Shown here: positions 9,753 through 20,462 of the stretch, piece after piece
Position numbering within the stretch: position 1 is the first letter of the stretch
Layout of the letters: each line of letters begins with the position of its first letter
Source of the DNA: a virus
Direction: 5' to 3' (one strand)
IMG/VR virus record: IMGVR_UViG_3300033145_001156
Coordinates: 1 to 64,000 of that record
DNA length: 64,000 nucleotides
Program-made: the position numbers and the translations under genes
Notes under the pieces: generated by a model
The model's input: only the letters and a program-made list of their open reading frames with translations
What the model was told of the DNA's origin: nothing
Database searches by the model: none

Positions 9753-11695
9753 GAACTTAGGAGAATGATGCGTTACGGTTGTAGAAAATGCGATTTGGTT
9801 GGTCAGAATCCTATATGTCCAGAATGTGGCAAGCCTGCTGCACCGGTAGTTCAAGATTATGTGATATGCCGCAGCTGCCACGGGGGAGGGCGCATTTTAC
9901 ACCCTTTCATGCCCTCTTGGGAATGTCCGGTATGTGGAGGCACAGGCGCTGGCTTGGGTTGGATGAAACTCGATCTTCAGACCAGCTCCGCACCCGTTTA
10001 ACGCTAGGCTATGACAGATTTCACAAGGAGGCCCACACATGGAACTTGACGGCAGGATCATATCATTTATGAAGCGACTAGATAACTTGAGAGAATATCA
10101 ATATAGATGCGTGATGCGACGTACAAAGCGACGCTTTGGCATAGCGGTCAATACCGATCCAGATGCACTGGAATGGCAGAAGCTAGATCGGGATATTCAC
10201 AATCTCTATAATGAGGCGATTGCCGTCGATAACAACAGGAGGATCCCATGACAGCGACAACCGAGAAGATACACCAATACCGAACGCTTGAACTCTGGCG
10301 TCACGCTCAAAACGTGATAGCCCGCAATCGTCGTCAGCGCAAGGCGGCTCGGGCCACGCGCCAGAATAGAGGCCAGCGGGCGCGGCACACACGGACAGGG
10401 GCCTGGGCGCGGACGAAACGGGCGTTCTGCAGCCGGAGCTGGAGGAAGTAATGAGCGATGCCGCGCTAGGCATTGGCTTCTGGCTGTTCGCCCTCGGCCT
10501 TTTAGTCCTGAGCATATGGGAACGAATCACGAGGAGGTAATGAAATGTGGTACACAGACTCGCACGGAATACCGCACTACGCATTGATAAGCGAGATATC
10601 GGAGTCCGAGGCGATGATTCAGCACGCCGTCACGGACGCCACCGGGGGCGCGTATACTGCGCCGGATGATCCTCACCGGCGAGGGTGCCTGGGTCGCGTC
10701 TTCGCAGGCGCGATGATGCTTATTGCCCTTTTTTGGCTGGCGATGACCGCAGAATTGTAAATTTGATGAAAGGAGGTGATACTTATGACACCAAAACCGT
10801 CACCGGCCACAGAGAACCGCAAGCCACAGAAGCCGCATAAGCCGGCAGGGAGCCAGGGATGAGACGCGTGGTGAGGACCGCGCCGACCGAGAGGATGATG
10901 GGATGATGCACAAGGGAATAGACTTGCACGACCTGGTATGTGAGCGCACCCAGCGCGTAGCTGAGATTGCAGCACTGCCACCGGAAAAACGCACAGAAGC
11001 GCTACTGGCATTGCGCGCCGAAGTCGAAGCCGCGCGTGGCAAGGGCATGGTACTGGGTGACAGGCAGATAGCGCGGGAGCTGATACGGGCACGAAGGGAA
11101 TTAAGGGAACATGCTAAAGGCGACGATCTACCTTTCGGCATGGGCAGCAAGATTCCGATGGAGAGACCCGTCACGCTGAGGATCGAGGATGATAGGGCAT
11201 GAAACGATCGCGACACGACTGGGACAATCACCTAGCAGAGTACATCACGGAAGAGGTGAGAGATAGAGCTGAAAAACTGGTGAGGGGCATAGCGGATCAG
11301 GATAAGCCGAAGAAGAGGCCAGTGAGAGAAGCATCAAGCGGTTGCTTGACAATGTTAATGCTGCTAATCGTGGCAGCGATAGTGTGCGCACATAGCGCAG
11401 AAAGGAAGTTGACGTGAAGACATTAGGGATTTTGATCGTTCTGGCAGGTATGATGGTAGTAGCCTGGGGATTCGCTGGCGTGACCCAACAGTATGACTTG
11501 TCTCGTGCCAGTGCAATGCAACTGACACAGGTTTATACAGAATCCCTCCGGGTGATGGCGCTGGGCATTGCATCAATGCTGCTTGGCGTGATGGTTATGA
11601 TCCTGCCGCCAGATACAACGCCAAAAGAGAAGTAGCGACTTGACAAACTCTGGCAGGTAGTGTATTTGCGCACATAGCGCAGAAGGAGAGGTATC

Positions 11696-12319
11696 GTGGA
11701 GACACTTAAGAAATGGGGCAAGAGAGTGCTGTTTGTGGTGGGCGCAATGGCGCTCATCCTGGTCGGCATGATGATGGCCCCGGCGGGAGAGACTGAGCAG
11801 GTCCCGGCGGCGACGCACACGCCGTATCCGACGCCGGAACCACTACCGACGCACACGCCGTATCCGACGCCGGAACCGACATATGCGCCAGTTCCAACAT
11901 CAAGGCCGGAACCGACGGTAGCGCTGGAGATCTATAACGAGCAGGAGTTCCTCGTGATGTTCACCTTGCACGTCTGCAACTCGGCGTTCTGCGAAACCAT
12001 CAAGGAGTACAGGGCGGCATTCCTGAGCGGGGATGCTTCCCTACAGTACGAGGCATTCCTCGCAGTGTGGGCTGTGGACTCAGTCACGATCGAGGCGCTG
12101 GCGATGACGAGCCTTGCCGGGGTGGGCGGCAAAGTCCGGGACCTCTACCGCGACACGCTGGAGACCGCTGAGTCTGTGGTGGGGATGTGTGACGTCGGGA
12201 TGGAACTCACTTCGACCGGCGTTGCTGCTCCACGGGACACCATGGTGGATTGGCTCGACGCCGCAGGAGAGTTGTGCGACCTTCTGGCGACCAGCGCGAT
12301 CTGGGAACCGTTCCGGTAG
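11696..12319 (+). CDS. Membrane-anchored protein with duplicated THTPYPTPEP linker
   Basis: N-terminal TM helix; 36-bp-period duplication near 11811-11880. Confidence 0.7.
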   Translation: METLKKWGKRVLFVVGAMALILVGMMMAPAGETEQVPAATHTPYPTPEPLPTHTPYPTPEPTYAPVPTSRPEPTVALEIYNEQEFLVMFTLHVCNSAFCETIKEYRAAFLSGDASLQYEAFLAVWAVDSVTIEALAMTSLAGVGGKVRDLYRDTLETAESVVGMCDVGMELTSTGVAAPRDTMVDWLDAAGELCDLLATSAIWEPFR

Positions 12320-12372
12320 AGAGGAGTTGGCGTTTGGCTGACTATGTGGTATACTAGCCAAGGAGGTGGAAG

Positions 12373-12687
12373 ATGTGTGAGATCTTGTTTACGATGGTGG
12401 AGAAGTTGGAGATAGTAGTTGCCGTGTCGTTCGTGATCGGCCTCTTGGTCGAGCTGTTCCCTGGGTTCTCTGAGTTGGAGGAGTACAAGAGGGCGTTGAT
12501 CGCGGCAGGCATCTCCGTCGTCCTGCCCGTGGGGGCGTTCCTGATCGGCGCGGTGCAGTCCTGCTGGGCAATGAACTGGGACTCGGCACTGCCGTTCGTG
12601 GTCGCGGGACTGGCAGCCGCGGTGGCTGCGCTAGGTGGTGAGAAGGCTGTTGGGGGCAAGCGGAGCTTCAGCGCGAGGAACAAGTAG
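12373..12687 (+). CDS. Small 3-TM membrane protein (holin-like)
   Basis: Three hydrophobic segments, basic C-terminus; AGGAGG RBS; TGnTATACT just upstream. Confidence 0.5.
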   Translation: MCEILFTMVEKLEIVVAVSFVIGLLVELFPGFSELEEYKRALIAAGISVVLPVGAFLIGAVQSCWAMNWDSALPFVVAGLAAAVAALGGEKAVGGKRSFSARNK

Positions 12688-13362
12688 GACTTTGCGCAAA
12701 GTTTAGCCCAGGCCCGGAGGCCGTCTTGGGGATTGAGGGAGGTGGGTGCCATCGTCGGGATTGCGGGTATGGCTTAACCAAGAAGGTGATGACGCTGGGT
12801 AGTACTCACATGAACACGGGACTGAATGTGAGGAATGGGTGCAAGAGTACCCAGCCAAAAGAGCATGGGCGGTACGGGGAACGTACTTGCGGTTATTAAG
12901 AGTCAAAACGTAACTTATCTTCATTGTTCTAGGGGGGTGGGTTAGCCACCCACCCCCCCAAAAAAGGAGAAGCAACATGTGGAGAGACAAGCGGATATGT
13001 AGACTGTTATGCGTGCTGGGAATCCATGTTCTGCTAGTTGGATTGCCGAATGGGCTATATCATTGTGGGCATTGTTCGACAGTAGTGGTGGCATAGTAAT
13101 TTGAGAAATGGGTGGGCATCATGCAGGCAGTTTATAACGATGGCACGGAAGGCGAACAGCTCACGGCCCGAGGGGCGCAGGAAACTTATCTGACCCTCGC
13201 AGCCCTATTGGCCGACGCGAAAGTAGAAAGCGTGAGAGTTACGCGCCAGCCAAGGCCGGAGACATGGCGTAGGGCTGGCAAGAAGGGGCGCAAGCAGGAA
13301 CGGTACTTCTGAGATACGGGAATGGCCATGACTGGGCGGGTGGGGTTGGCCAGGAAGATGAC

Positions 13363-13496
13363 TTTACAGATTTGGCGAAACGTGGTATAATTATAGTGCG
13401 TCTGGGATGAGTCATTGAGTGTCTCGTAGCGGGATTATCAATCCTAGCCCTAGTCGCAGAACGTAATTTTGACAATTCACTGAAATGTAGTATAAT
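13363..13496 (+). promoter_or_regulatory. Tandem sigma70 promoters
   Basis: TTTACA-17-TATAAT (13363-13391) and TTGACA-16-TATAAT (13469-13496). Confidence 0.75.
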
Positions 13497-13742
13497 ATGG
13501 TTGGTGGGACGGGGCAACCCATCAATAATCACAAGGAAGACACACACAATGATAAGTTACATAACGACTAATGAAAACGGTTCTCACAGGCCAGTCCTTT
13601 CGCAGAAGGGGCTGCCCAGCCCTAAACATTGTGTGTGTCGGGGGCTGGCCGGTGAGAATCGTTTTTGCATTTGTGGGGACAGGTATGCGCCTGTCCCCTT
13701 CGTGCGTTCTAGGACTTTGCGCAAAGTTTAGGAGGGACCATT

Positions 13743-14291
13743 ATGGGCATCAGACCTAAATTGCTTCTGTGTATTGGCATCGATGACTTTGCGCCCGGTG
13801 ATCGATTTGACGAGACCACATACCTACGTGTCATGGAAGATGATGTGTTTGATATTCCGTTAGGATTCATGGAGCAAGAGCACCCAGAACTTCAGGAGAA
13901 ACGGTTCTTGCACGACTACATCGTTCATGATACTGAATATGGGGACCCGCAGATTTTCGCCATTAGGGCACCTGGTAGTCAAACTATCGGCCCGGAGATA
14001 CCACTATATGCCCTCGCTCAGTATTTGGGTTGCAACACGAACTGGCATTATGTGTTTCAACCTGTGCAGTGGGGGAAAGATGGTTATTGGCCTCATGAAG
14101 TAGCAGAGTGGCAAGCAGAGCATCAAGGCAGATTTGGAAACGGTGCTGGAATTGACCGGCATTATGATCTACTTGAGTATCCTTATCTGTGCGAGTCAGT
14201 CATGCAGTGGGCCACGAAGGTGCTGAACTATGTGGGATTTCATGTTAGCATTGAAGATTTGAAAGTCATGCTGTACTTGTACTGGTGTTAA
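13743..14291 (+). CDS. Hypothetical protein
   Basis: ORF track; AGGAGG RBS directly after a palindrome copy. Confidence 0.7.
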   Translation: MGIRPKLLLCIGIDDFAPGDRFDETTYLRVMEDDVFDIPLGFMEQEHPELQEKRFLHDYIVHDTEYGDPQIFAIRAPGSQTIGPEIPLYALAQYLGCNTNWHYVFQPVQWGKDGYWPHEVAEWQAEHQGRFGNGAGIDRHYDLLEYPYLCESVMQWATKVLNYVGFHVSIEDLKVMLYLYWC

Positions 14292-14344
14292 GACAACTGA
14301 AAGAACTGAATAGACTTTGTGCAAAGCGCAAGAAAGGGAGAGAT

Positions 14345-15907
14345 ATGACAGAACCAACATGGCAAATTTCTTTGCCCTCACCAAGAGGCAATAAACGTCT
14401 CATAGAACTACCAGCAACTGGTATGGTTATCAGCCCTCTGAACCCCCGGAGGACGCGCCCAGAAGATGAGATAGATTTACTGGCATCCAGAATCAGGCAG
14501 CATGGTTATGAGATCACCCGCGCTATTTGGGTACACGAGGTGAACGAGCATTACGAAGTTTTCGCCGGAGGCACACGACTTGAGGCGGCCAAGCGCGCAG
14601 GAATGTCGCTGATTCCTTCGATTCTGCATGAAGGATTCAGCGAAGATGAAGTTTGCAAGCTGGCCGAACTTGACAATGAGAACGACGAGTACCACCAGCC
14701 CGTGCCTATCGTGGACGTGTGGCTGTCCTACAAGGCTCTGGCTAACGCGGGTTGGACGCAGCCCCGGATAGCGCGGGCTAAGGGATGCTCACAGTCATTT
14801 GTAAGTCTGCGCTTGGCATTAGCAAAACTACCTGAACCTATCCTAAGACAATTTATTAACAATGAAGAGTTGAAAGAGCGACATGCTCTTGAAATCATCA
14901 AATTATTAACAGTTAATAATCTCACTCCCTGGCTGACCCGCGAACAGGCCATGCTGGAGGTCATCAAGAAGGTGGGGATCGGGACGGCGGCGCAGTTCGC
15001 CAAGAAGGTGAAGACGTACAATACCATCATCGGAGAGGTGCAGACGTTTGCTGACGGCCTGGAGTATCAGCGCCGGCAAGAGTTCCTGGAGGTCCTTGCC
15101 GAAAAGAAGGTGCGGACGGTAGCGGCAGCTAAGAACATAGCGGCCAGGATCACGTATGCCATTGCTGAGGCGGCGCGCAGGGCCGAAGAGGATGCCCTCA
15201 TTGCTGTGCAAGAGGCCGAGCGCGAACGCATCGAGGCGGAACGCAAGGAACGTGAGGCCCAAGAACGGCAACGATGGTTCGATAATAACGTAACCCTGAT
15301 TCACGGCGACTTATTGTCGGTACAGATCGAGGACGAATCGGTGGATATGATATTCACGGATCCCCCGTACAGTGAAGATTCTATTTCACTATACGGCGAT
15401 CTGGCGAAGTTGGGGGCGCGTGTATTGAAACCTGGTGGCAGCCTGATCTGCTATGCGGGCCACTATGCCCTTCCCGAGATATTCTCCTTGATGACGCCAC
15501 ACCTGCGGTTCTGGTGGACGCTGGCCTGTGAGCATGGCGGCAACTCTGCACGACTACCTGGCAAGTGGGTATTCGTGGGGTGGAAACCAATGCTGTGGTT
15601 CGTCAAGGAAGGCCGTCGAGACAAGGAGTACGTGGCCGATATCTTCAAATCTACGCAGCCGGACAAGTCCCTGCATGAATGGCAACAGGATACCTCGGAG
15701 GCGGCCTACTACATTGAGCACCTGACCGGTCAGGGCGATATCGTGTTGGACCCGTTCTGTGGATCGGGCACTACGTTAGTAGCAGCGATCAATCTGGGAA
15801 GATTGATTATCGGCGTTGACCAGGATAGAGAATCGATTGAGACAACCAGGGAGCGACTAGATGAATACTACACCCGACAATCCGGAGCATATCCAACTAG
15901 AGAATGA
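14345..15907 (+). CDS. ParB-like N-terminal domain + HTH + coiled coil fused to N6A/N4C DNA methyltransferase (beta-class motif order)
   Basis: SPLNPRR and FAGGTRLEAAK (ParB/Srx); TQPRIARAKGCSQSFVS (HTH); FTDPPY before LDPFCGSGTT. Confidence 0.88.
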   Translation: MTEPTWQISLPSPRGNKRLIELPATGMVISPLNPRRTRPEDEIDLLASRIRQHGYEITRAIWVHEVNEHYEVFAGGTRLEAAKRAGMSLIPSILHEGFSEDEVCKLAELDNENDEYHQPVPIVDVWLSYKALANAGWTQPRIARAKGCSQSFVSLRLALAKLPEPILRQFINNEELKERHALEIIKLLTVNNLTPWLTREQAMLEVIKKVGIGTAAQFAKKVKTYNTIIGEVQTFADGLEYQRRQEFLEVLAEKKVRTVAAAKNIAARITYAIAEAARRAEEDALIAVQEAERERIEAERKEREAQERQRWFDNNVTLIHGDLLSVQIEDESVDMIFTDPPYSEDSISLYGDLAKLGARVLKPGGSLICYAGHYALPEIFSLMTPHLRFWWTLACEHGGNSARLPGKWVFVGWKPMLWFVKEGRRDKEYVADIFKSTQPDKSLHEWQQDTSEAAYYIEHLTGQGDIVLDPFCGSGTTLVAAINLGRLIIGVDQDRESIETTRERLDEYYTRQSGAYPTRE

Positions 15908-16466
15908 CGTTAGAAAATACCTGTCTGGATTGGGGTTTTTGACAGATGAGGCCACGTATCATAGCGTTATGAACCCGAAAGTCAAGGATCGGTTATCTCA
16001 CATTTACACGCCAACTTCGTTATATATCAGGGGAAGAGCTGACAGGATCGCCGTCCATACTCAATATGATATCGTTTTTGAGTGGGAGGCCAAGACGCAT
16101 ACGTCAAAGAAGTACCATGATATGACATTAGAAGCTCTGCCACTGTGTCATCATCTGGCGAAAATTCAATTAGACGTTGAATGTCTTTATGTCTATCGTG
16201 ACTCAATTGTTGGCTATGATTGTGGGTTCTGGGTGAAAGACATTCCGCCGATACGCGTCATAATGATCCCTGAGCGATGGGGCAGAGCCAAGTCGGATTG
16301 GTTCAAGGATCAATTCACCAGATTTTGGCCCGAAACAAAGATACGAACTACTCCGGCCTACGGCGGTAGCGGAGATCCGTTTGTGATCATAGATCAGTCA
16401 ATCGTGGCAAAATTATCACATTGGCAAGATTGTATCCGAGCGAAATTGAGCGAAGGCGAATTCTAA
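15861..16466 (+). CDS. Putative PD-(D/E)xK nuclease (possible restriction endonuclease)
   Basis: LENDV...RADRIAV...FEWEAKT; overlaps the MTase gene; lower GC. Confidence 0.5.
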   Translation: MNTTPDNPEHIQLENDVRKYLSGLGFLTDEATYHSVMNPKVKDRLSHIYTPTSLYIRGRADRIAVHTQYDIVFEWEAKTHTSKKYHDMTLEALPLCHHLAKIQLDVECLYVYRDSIVGYDCGFWVKDIPPIRVIMIPERWGRAKSDWFKDQFTRFWPETKIRTTPAYGGSGDPFVIIDQSIVAKLSHWQDCIRAKLSEGEF

Positions 16467-17143
16467 CAACTGAATAGGCACGTCCAGCGAACGCAGATAA
16501 CGCTGACCAAATAATACTGTCCCGACGTCGAAAGACAGCGCTCAGCGAACCAGAAAAAACCGGCAGGGCATGTCGGATGCTGAAAACAAATCCCGCGCTA
16601 CGGTGAGAATTGGGGCACTCACGAAGGCATCAATCGAAGCAACATCAGGGTTCACCGCGTAGCCAGCGACCCTCAGAGATTGACGTCGACCCTCCTGTCT
16701 GAGCCAAAAAGTCGTTGCCTGGGGCGGGTTATGCCTAAGAATAAAATATAAAGTAAAGTGCGTAAGCACTCCTGCGTAGCAGGAAAAACAGAAATAAACT
16801 AACTCAAGTTTATGGATTTGGCGGGGATATTGTCTACGACGTTCTTGGTGGGAGTTTTACGCGCTACGCGCGTGCTGCTACGCAGCATTTTCCACAACAG
16901 GGAAAAACACGTATATGATGTAGATAATTGGCATTTTAGTGGTAGATAGTCCTGGGGGGATGAGATGGTGATGCTGAGGGTGAGTTCCGAGCTGGGTGAC
17001 GGGGTGATGGTGCGCCTGCTGACCGAGAGGTCTATGGAGGTGTGCGACAGGTTCTCGGACGTCATGGAGGACGTGGTGACTTGCAGGTTGCGGGACGAGT
17101 GCGAGGTCAAGTGCGAGCTGATCGAGGCGTTCAAGGAGGGGTG

Positions 17144-17704
17144 ATGTTCAAGAAGATTGATGGGGTGGAGATGGAGTTCACCGATGAGGCGGACAAGTGG
17201 GGGTATTATCCGGCGGGGATTCCGGTGGATTTGGCGTTTTGCCAGGGTAAGTGGTGTTGGGGGGCTAGTGTTGGGGACAACACGGAGCAGTTGTATCGGG
17301 CGGCACAGAACGCGAGGCATAGGCACGACTTTCTTCCCTGCTATGTATTAGTATCGCTTGACTTGGAGAATTGGGCCAACTCTGTGAGTCATGGGATTGA
17401 AAAAGGGGGCGATGATTATCGCTGGGGGGGCAGGTATTTACAGGTTGAGGTCGCCGGGTATTTGCCCGAGAACACTTGGTTTTTGACGGGGCCTGATGAT
17501 TTTGAGGGGAAGTCGCGACAAGTTGAGGAAGACCTGAGTGCATACAGGTATCGAAAAGAAAACCCTCGCCCTCGTTTGTCATGGCTTGCGCTTTTGTTGC
17601 CAAATGGCGATTTGGGTATGCACCCACTTGGTGTAATATTTACGTTCTTGGGCATGGTGTTGGTTGTAACCCTGATTTGGGGCATGATCGGTAGTTGGTG
17701 GTAG
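17144..17704 (+). CDS. Hypothetical protein with C-terminal TM helix
   Basis: ATG 17144 after AAGGAGG within ORF 17042..17704. Confidence 0.6.
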   Translation: MFKKIDGVEMEFTDEADKWGYYPAGIPVDLAFCQGKWCWGASVGDNTEQLYRAAQNARHRHDFLPCYVLVSLDLENWANSVSHGIEKGGDDYRWGGRYLQVEVAGYLPENTWFLTGPDDFEGKSRQVEEDLSAYRYRKENPRPRLSWLALLLPNGDLGMHPLGVIFTFLGMVLVVTLIWGMIGSWW

Positions 17705-17846
17705 ACTTTGCGCAAAATTTAGGAGGTAGTGATGGTGGTGTTGATGTTCAGCGTGGGCGCGGGGTTCTCCGATGAGAAGTTGGCGAGGCTGTTGTCTAGG
17801 AAGGCGGAGGAGTTGGCTGATAGTTTGGCCGGTGCGGTTGAGGACG

Positions 17847-18284
17847 TCATATGCGAGGAGCATGGTTGGGACATGACTGAGGTTCACTGCGAGATGTTGA
17901 AGCAGGTGTGTCAGACTTTGCGCAAAGTTTGACGTCGAACACGATACGTGGGTTATCGCTTCTTACTGCGGGGTGACTGGTGATTCTAAAATGACAGTCG
18001 TCCAGGCCGATGACAGAGGCTAGAATATCAACAGGCAACTTCACCATGTTCGAACTGTCAGGGAGTCGTCCTCGCCTTCGTGGGCAGAACACCCGGACGT
18101 CCACGAACACCTTCTCCGGGACTCCCCGGTAGTCCAGCAGCATGAGCTGGTTCTGGATGAGTAGCCTGAAGTCCCACAGCCAGTCGGTCACGACCTTCTT
18201 CTTCCCGTACCGGGGACTTCCTCGTCGGTAACAAGAGTTGACCGAGAGAGCTGCCAGGTAGGGACACACTACTGTGAATTCCAT
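17847..18284 (-). CDS. rusA: RusA-like Holliday junction resolvase
   Basis: LSVNSCY N-terminal motif; PDSSNMVKLPVDIL...GLDD acidic pattern; minus-strand TTGCGC-17-TATACT upstream. Confidence 0.7.
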   Translation of the reverse strand: MEFTVVCPYLAALSVNSCYRRGSPRYGKKKVVTDWLWDFRLLIQNQLMLLDYRGVPEKVFVDVRVFCPRRRGRLPDSSNMVKLPVDILASVIGLDDCHFRITSHPAVRSDNPRIVFDVKLCAKSDTPASTSRSEPQSCPNHAPRI

Positions 18285-18421
18285 GCCCAGAGTATACCAC
18301 GAACGTCGTTTTGGCGCAAGTTTGTCTGCCAATATGTCGCAACTTTACAATATTATCCGTAAATATATCCCCATAAACGCAAAGTAAAGTAAACTCATCG
18401 TGAAACTCGTGCTAAAAACCC

Positions 18422-18450
18422 TTGACAATTGTAATATTATGTGGTATAAT
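18422..18450 (+). promoter_or_regulatory. Consensus sigma70 promoter (AACCCTTGACAA family)
   Basis: TTGACA-17-TATAAT with extended TG. Confidence 0.92.
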
Positions 18451-18606
18451 TCAACTAGAAAAGAGAGAGAAAACCTTAACAAGAAAATACACTCAGCGAC
18501 ACCGGACAAGATCCAGAACCACCACCAAGTAGGCGATGACCTAGAGAATCCCAAGAGGGCTAGGCCAACCGAAGTGGCAAGAGGGGGGAGGGGCTAACAA
18601 GGTGGG

Positions 18607-18787
18607 GAAGGCGGCAGGAGGTTGAGTCCTGCCAGATGCTCGGGTCATCAGACCGCTGCTAGGAACCGCCAACGTGGTGAGCCGATGTGGCGACGGCTGA
18701 GGGAACGTGAAACTCAGAAGGACGTCGAAGGTGAGTGGGAGCGCCGAAACGGAACTGGCGATGACCTGGGTATCTGGTAGGACTCAA
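18607..18787 (+). ncRNA. Structured leader RNA, copy 1 of GAAGGCGGCAGG element
   Basis: 28-bp helix 18622-49/18760-87 with four G-U pairs, overlapping a local hairpin 18613-33. Confidence 0.75.
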
Positions 18788-19180
18788 ACGAACTTATAAC
18801 CCTAAAGGAGAGAGTAATGAACATTCAGAGGAAATTGAGCAATGGGAACTGGACAGATACGGGAGAGTTCACTGATAGCTACATTAGTGATGCTCTCAAC
18901 AGGGAACCGATGCAGGCCGAATGGTTCAAGCGGGAACCACTAATGAGCAAGGCCGAGGTTCTGGATCACCTGGCCAGCGGCCAGACTCTCAAATATGATG
19001 ATGAGTGGTATGAGGAATTGAGAGACGCGGATGCAGCGAAGTGGCAGCCGAAACCACGTCGGGTCGTAGAGATGGTGCGATGTGATTGTGGGCATGATGT
19101 TCCAGTAGGAACGGCAATGTCATCGTCACGTGGGACATGCTGTCCAGACTGCTATGACAGGATGAGTGATTAGCGGTGAG

Positions 19181-19300
19181 GAAGGCGGCAGGGATTATGT
19201 CCTGCCAGAAGGTCATCAGCAGATTGATTGAGTTCAGCTATTAGTTTCGGCGGTTGGGGGACTGCCGAGGCACTGCTGGTGGTTTTCTGGTAGAATATAA
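19181..19300 (+). ncRNA. Structured intergenic RNA, copy 2 of GAAGGCGGCAGG element
   Basis: 28-bp helix 19195-222/19273-300 (G-U rich, one C-A), overlapping the local hairpin. Confidence 0.7.
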
Positions 19301-19676
19301 ATAAAAGACAATCCTAACAGAGCAAGAAGATCGGGGGGACTTTGTCCTCCATATATGCCGGTGCGGGCACAGAGACCCACCAGCCAACGAGACGTGATTA
19401 CCCAAAGTACCCGTGCTCGCGGGGAAACAGAGAAAGCGGGCTGGCACTTGGTGCGAAACCAGGGCGCGGCAGCAGCATATTTCACCAGTCATACGATTGG
19501 TTTGTAGAGAGGGTGGTCCGGGGGGTCGTGCCCCTGGGAGCTAAGGCCAGCAGGAGACGGGACTGCAATTCGCCGGGGGATGACACCCTGGATGGAACGC
19601 GGCGACGGGGAAGCTGGTGCTGGAAGGTGCGGGTAAAGAGGCTCGGTGGGACGCCACCCTAATCTAGGAGGAGAAT

Positions 19677-20036
19677 ATGAAACTGCTGACGAAGAAGTTG
19701 AAGAAGGCGTTGCCGGAGTTGTACAGCCAGGAGGAAGTGGAAGACCCGACGATCGTGGTCAAGTTCTTCCACCCGATGAGCAGCTGGAAGTGGTTTGCAT
19801 ACGAGGCCAGCGCTCAGTGGCTCGTGGACGGAGAGGTGGTCTACAGGGCGCTGAGTGACCCGGACGAATCGGGGGAGTACCTGGACACCACGTTCTTCGG
19901 GCTGGTGAAGGGGTTCGAGGAAGAGCTGGGATACTTCTCGCTGAAGGAATTGTCGGAGGTGCGAGACAGTTGGGGTTTGGGCGTGGAGCGCGACATGTAC
20001 TTCAATTCGGTTCCATTGTCTGAGGTAAGGAGTTAG
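19677..20036 (+). CDS. DUF2958-like protein
   Basis: [56 protein letters not shown]. Confidence 0.8.
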   Translation: MKLLTKKLKKALPELYSQEEVEDPTIVVKFFHPMSSWKWFAYEASAQWLVDGEVVYRALSDPDESGEYLDTTFFGLVKGFEEELGYFSLKELSEVRDSWGLGVERDMYFNSVPLSEVRS

Positions 20037-20410
20037 GAAGGCGGCAGGGATTGTGTCCTGCTGGAAGTCTGGCAGTGGGGATATTACTGGGATTGGTGAT
20101 GGGATTGTTATCAGTTATCGGGAGGGATGAACATGAATAAGATGACGTGGGCACACGCGATAGAGCTTGGGATACTGAGCGATGAAGCCAGCGCATACTT
20201 TGAGGCGCTAGAGGCCGAGGCGCGGGCGAAAGAATCCTTAACCTATGAGTACAGGCGCAGCTTTCCCAGCCCATATCCACCATACGCTGTTCAGTTACAG
20301 GATGGCGTAGCCATCGGTGCGACGGCCAATCTCTATGATGGCGCTGAGAATGAAGACCCCCGAACGTGGCGCTACTATCCCGCCGAGGCCGGGGTATGTG
20401 CTATCGAGTA

Positions 20411-20462
20411 GCTCGAAACGCCCCACGGGGCGTCCACCGGTGAGGCCGGTGCTGATGAGAGC
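20411..20462 (+). ncRNA. Hammerhead ribozyme, type II
   Basis: GCTC-GAAA-[CGCCCC ac GGGGCG]-TC^-[CACCGG tgagg CCGGTG]-CTGATGA-GAGC; complete core and three stems; intergenic. Confidence 0.92.

Noticed and set aside
12932-12966. GC-rich hairpin as an intrinsic terminator
   Set aside because: It is followed by an A-run on +, so neither strand has a U-tract 3' of the stem
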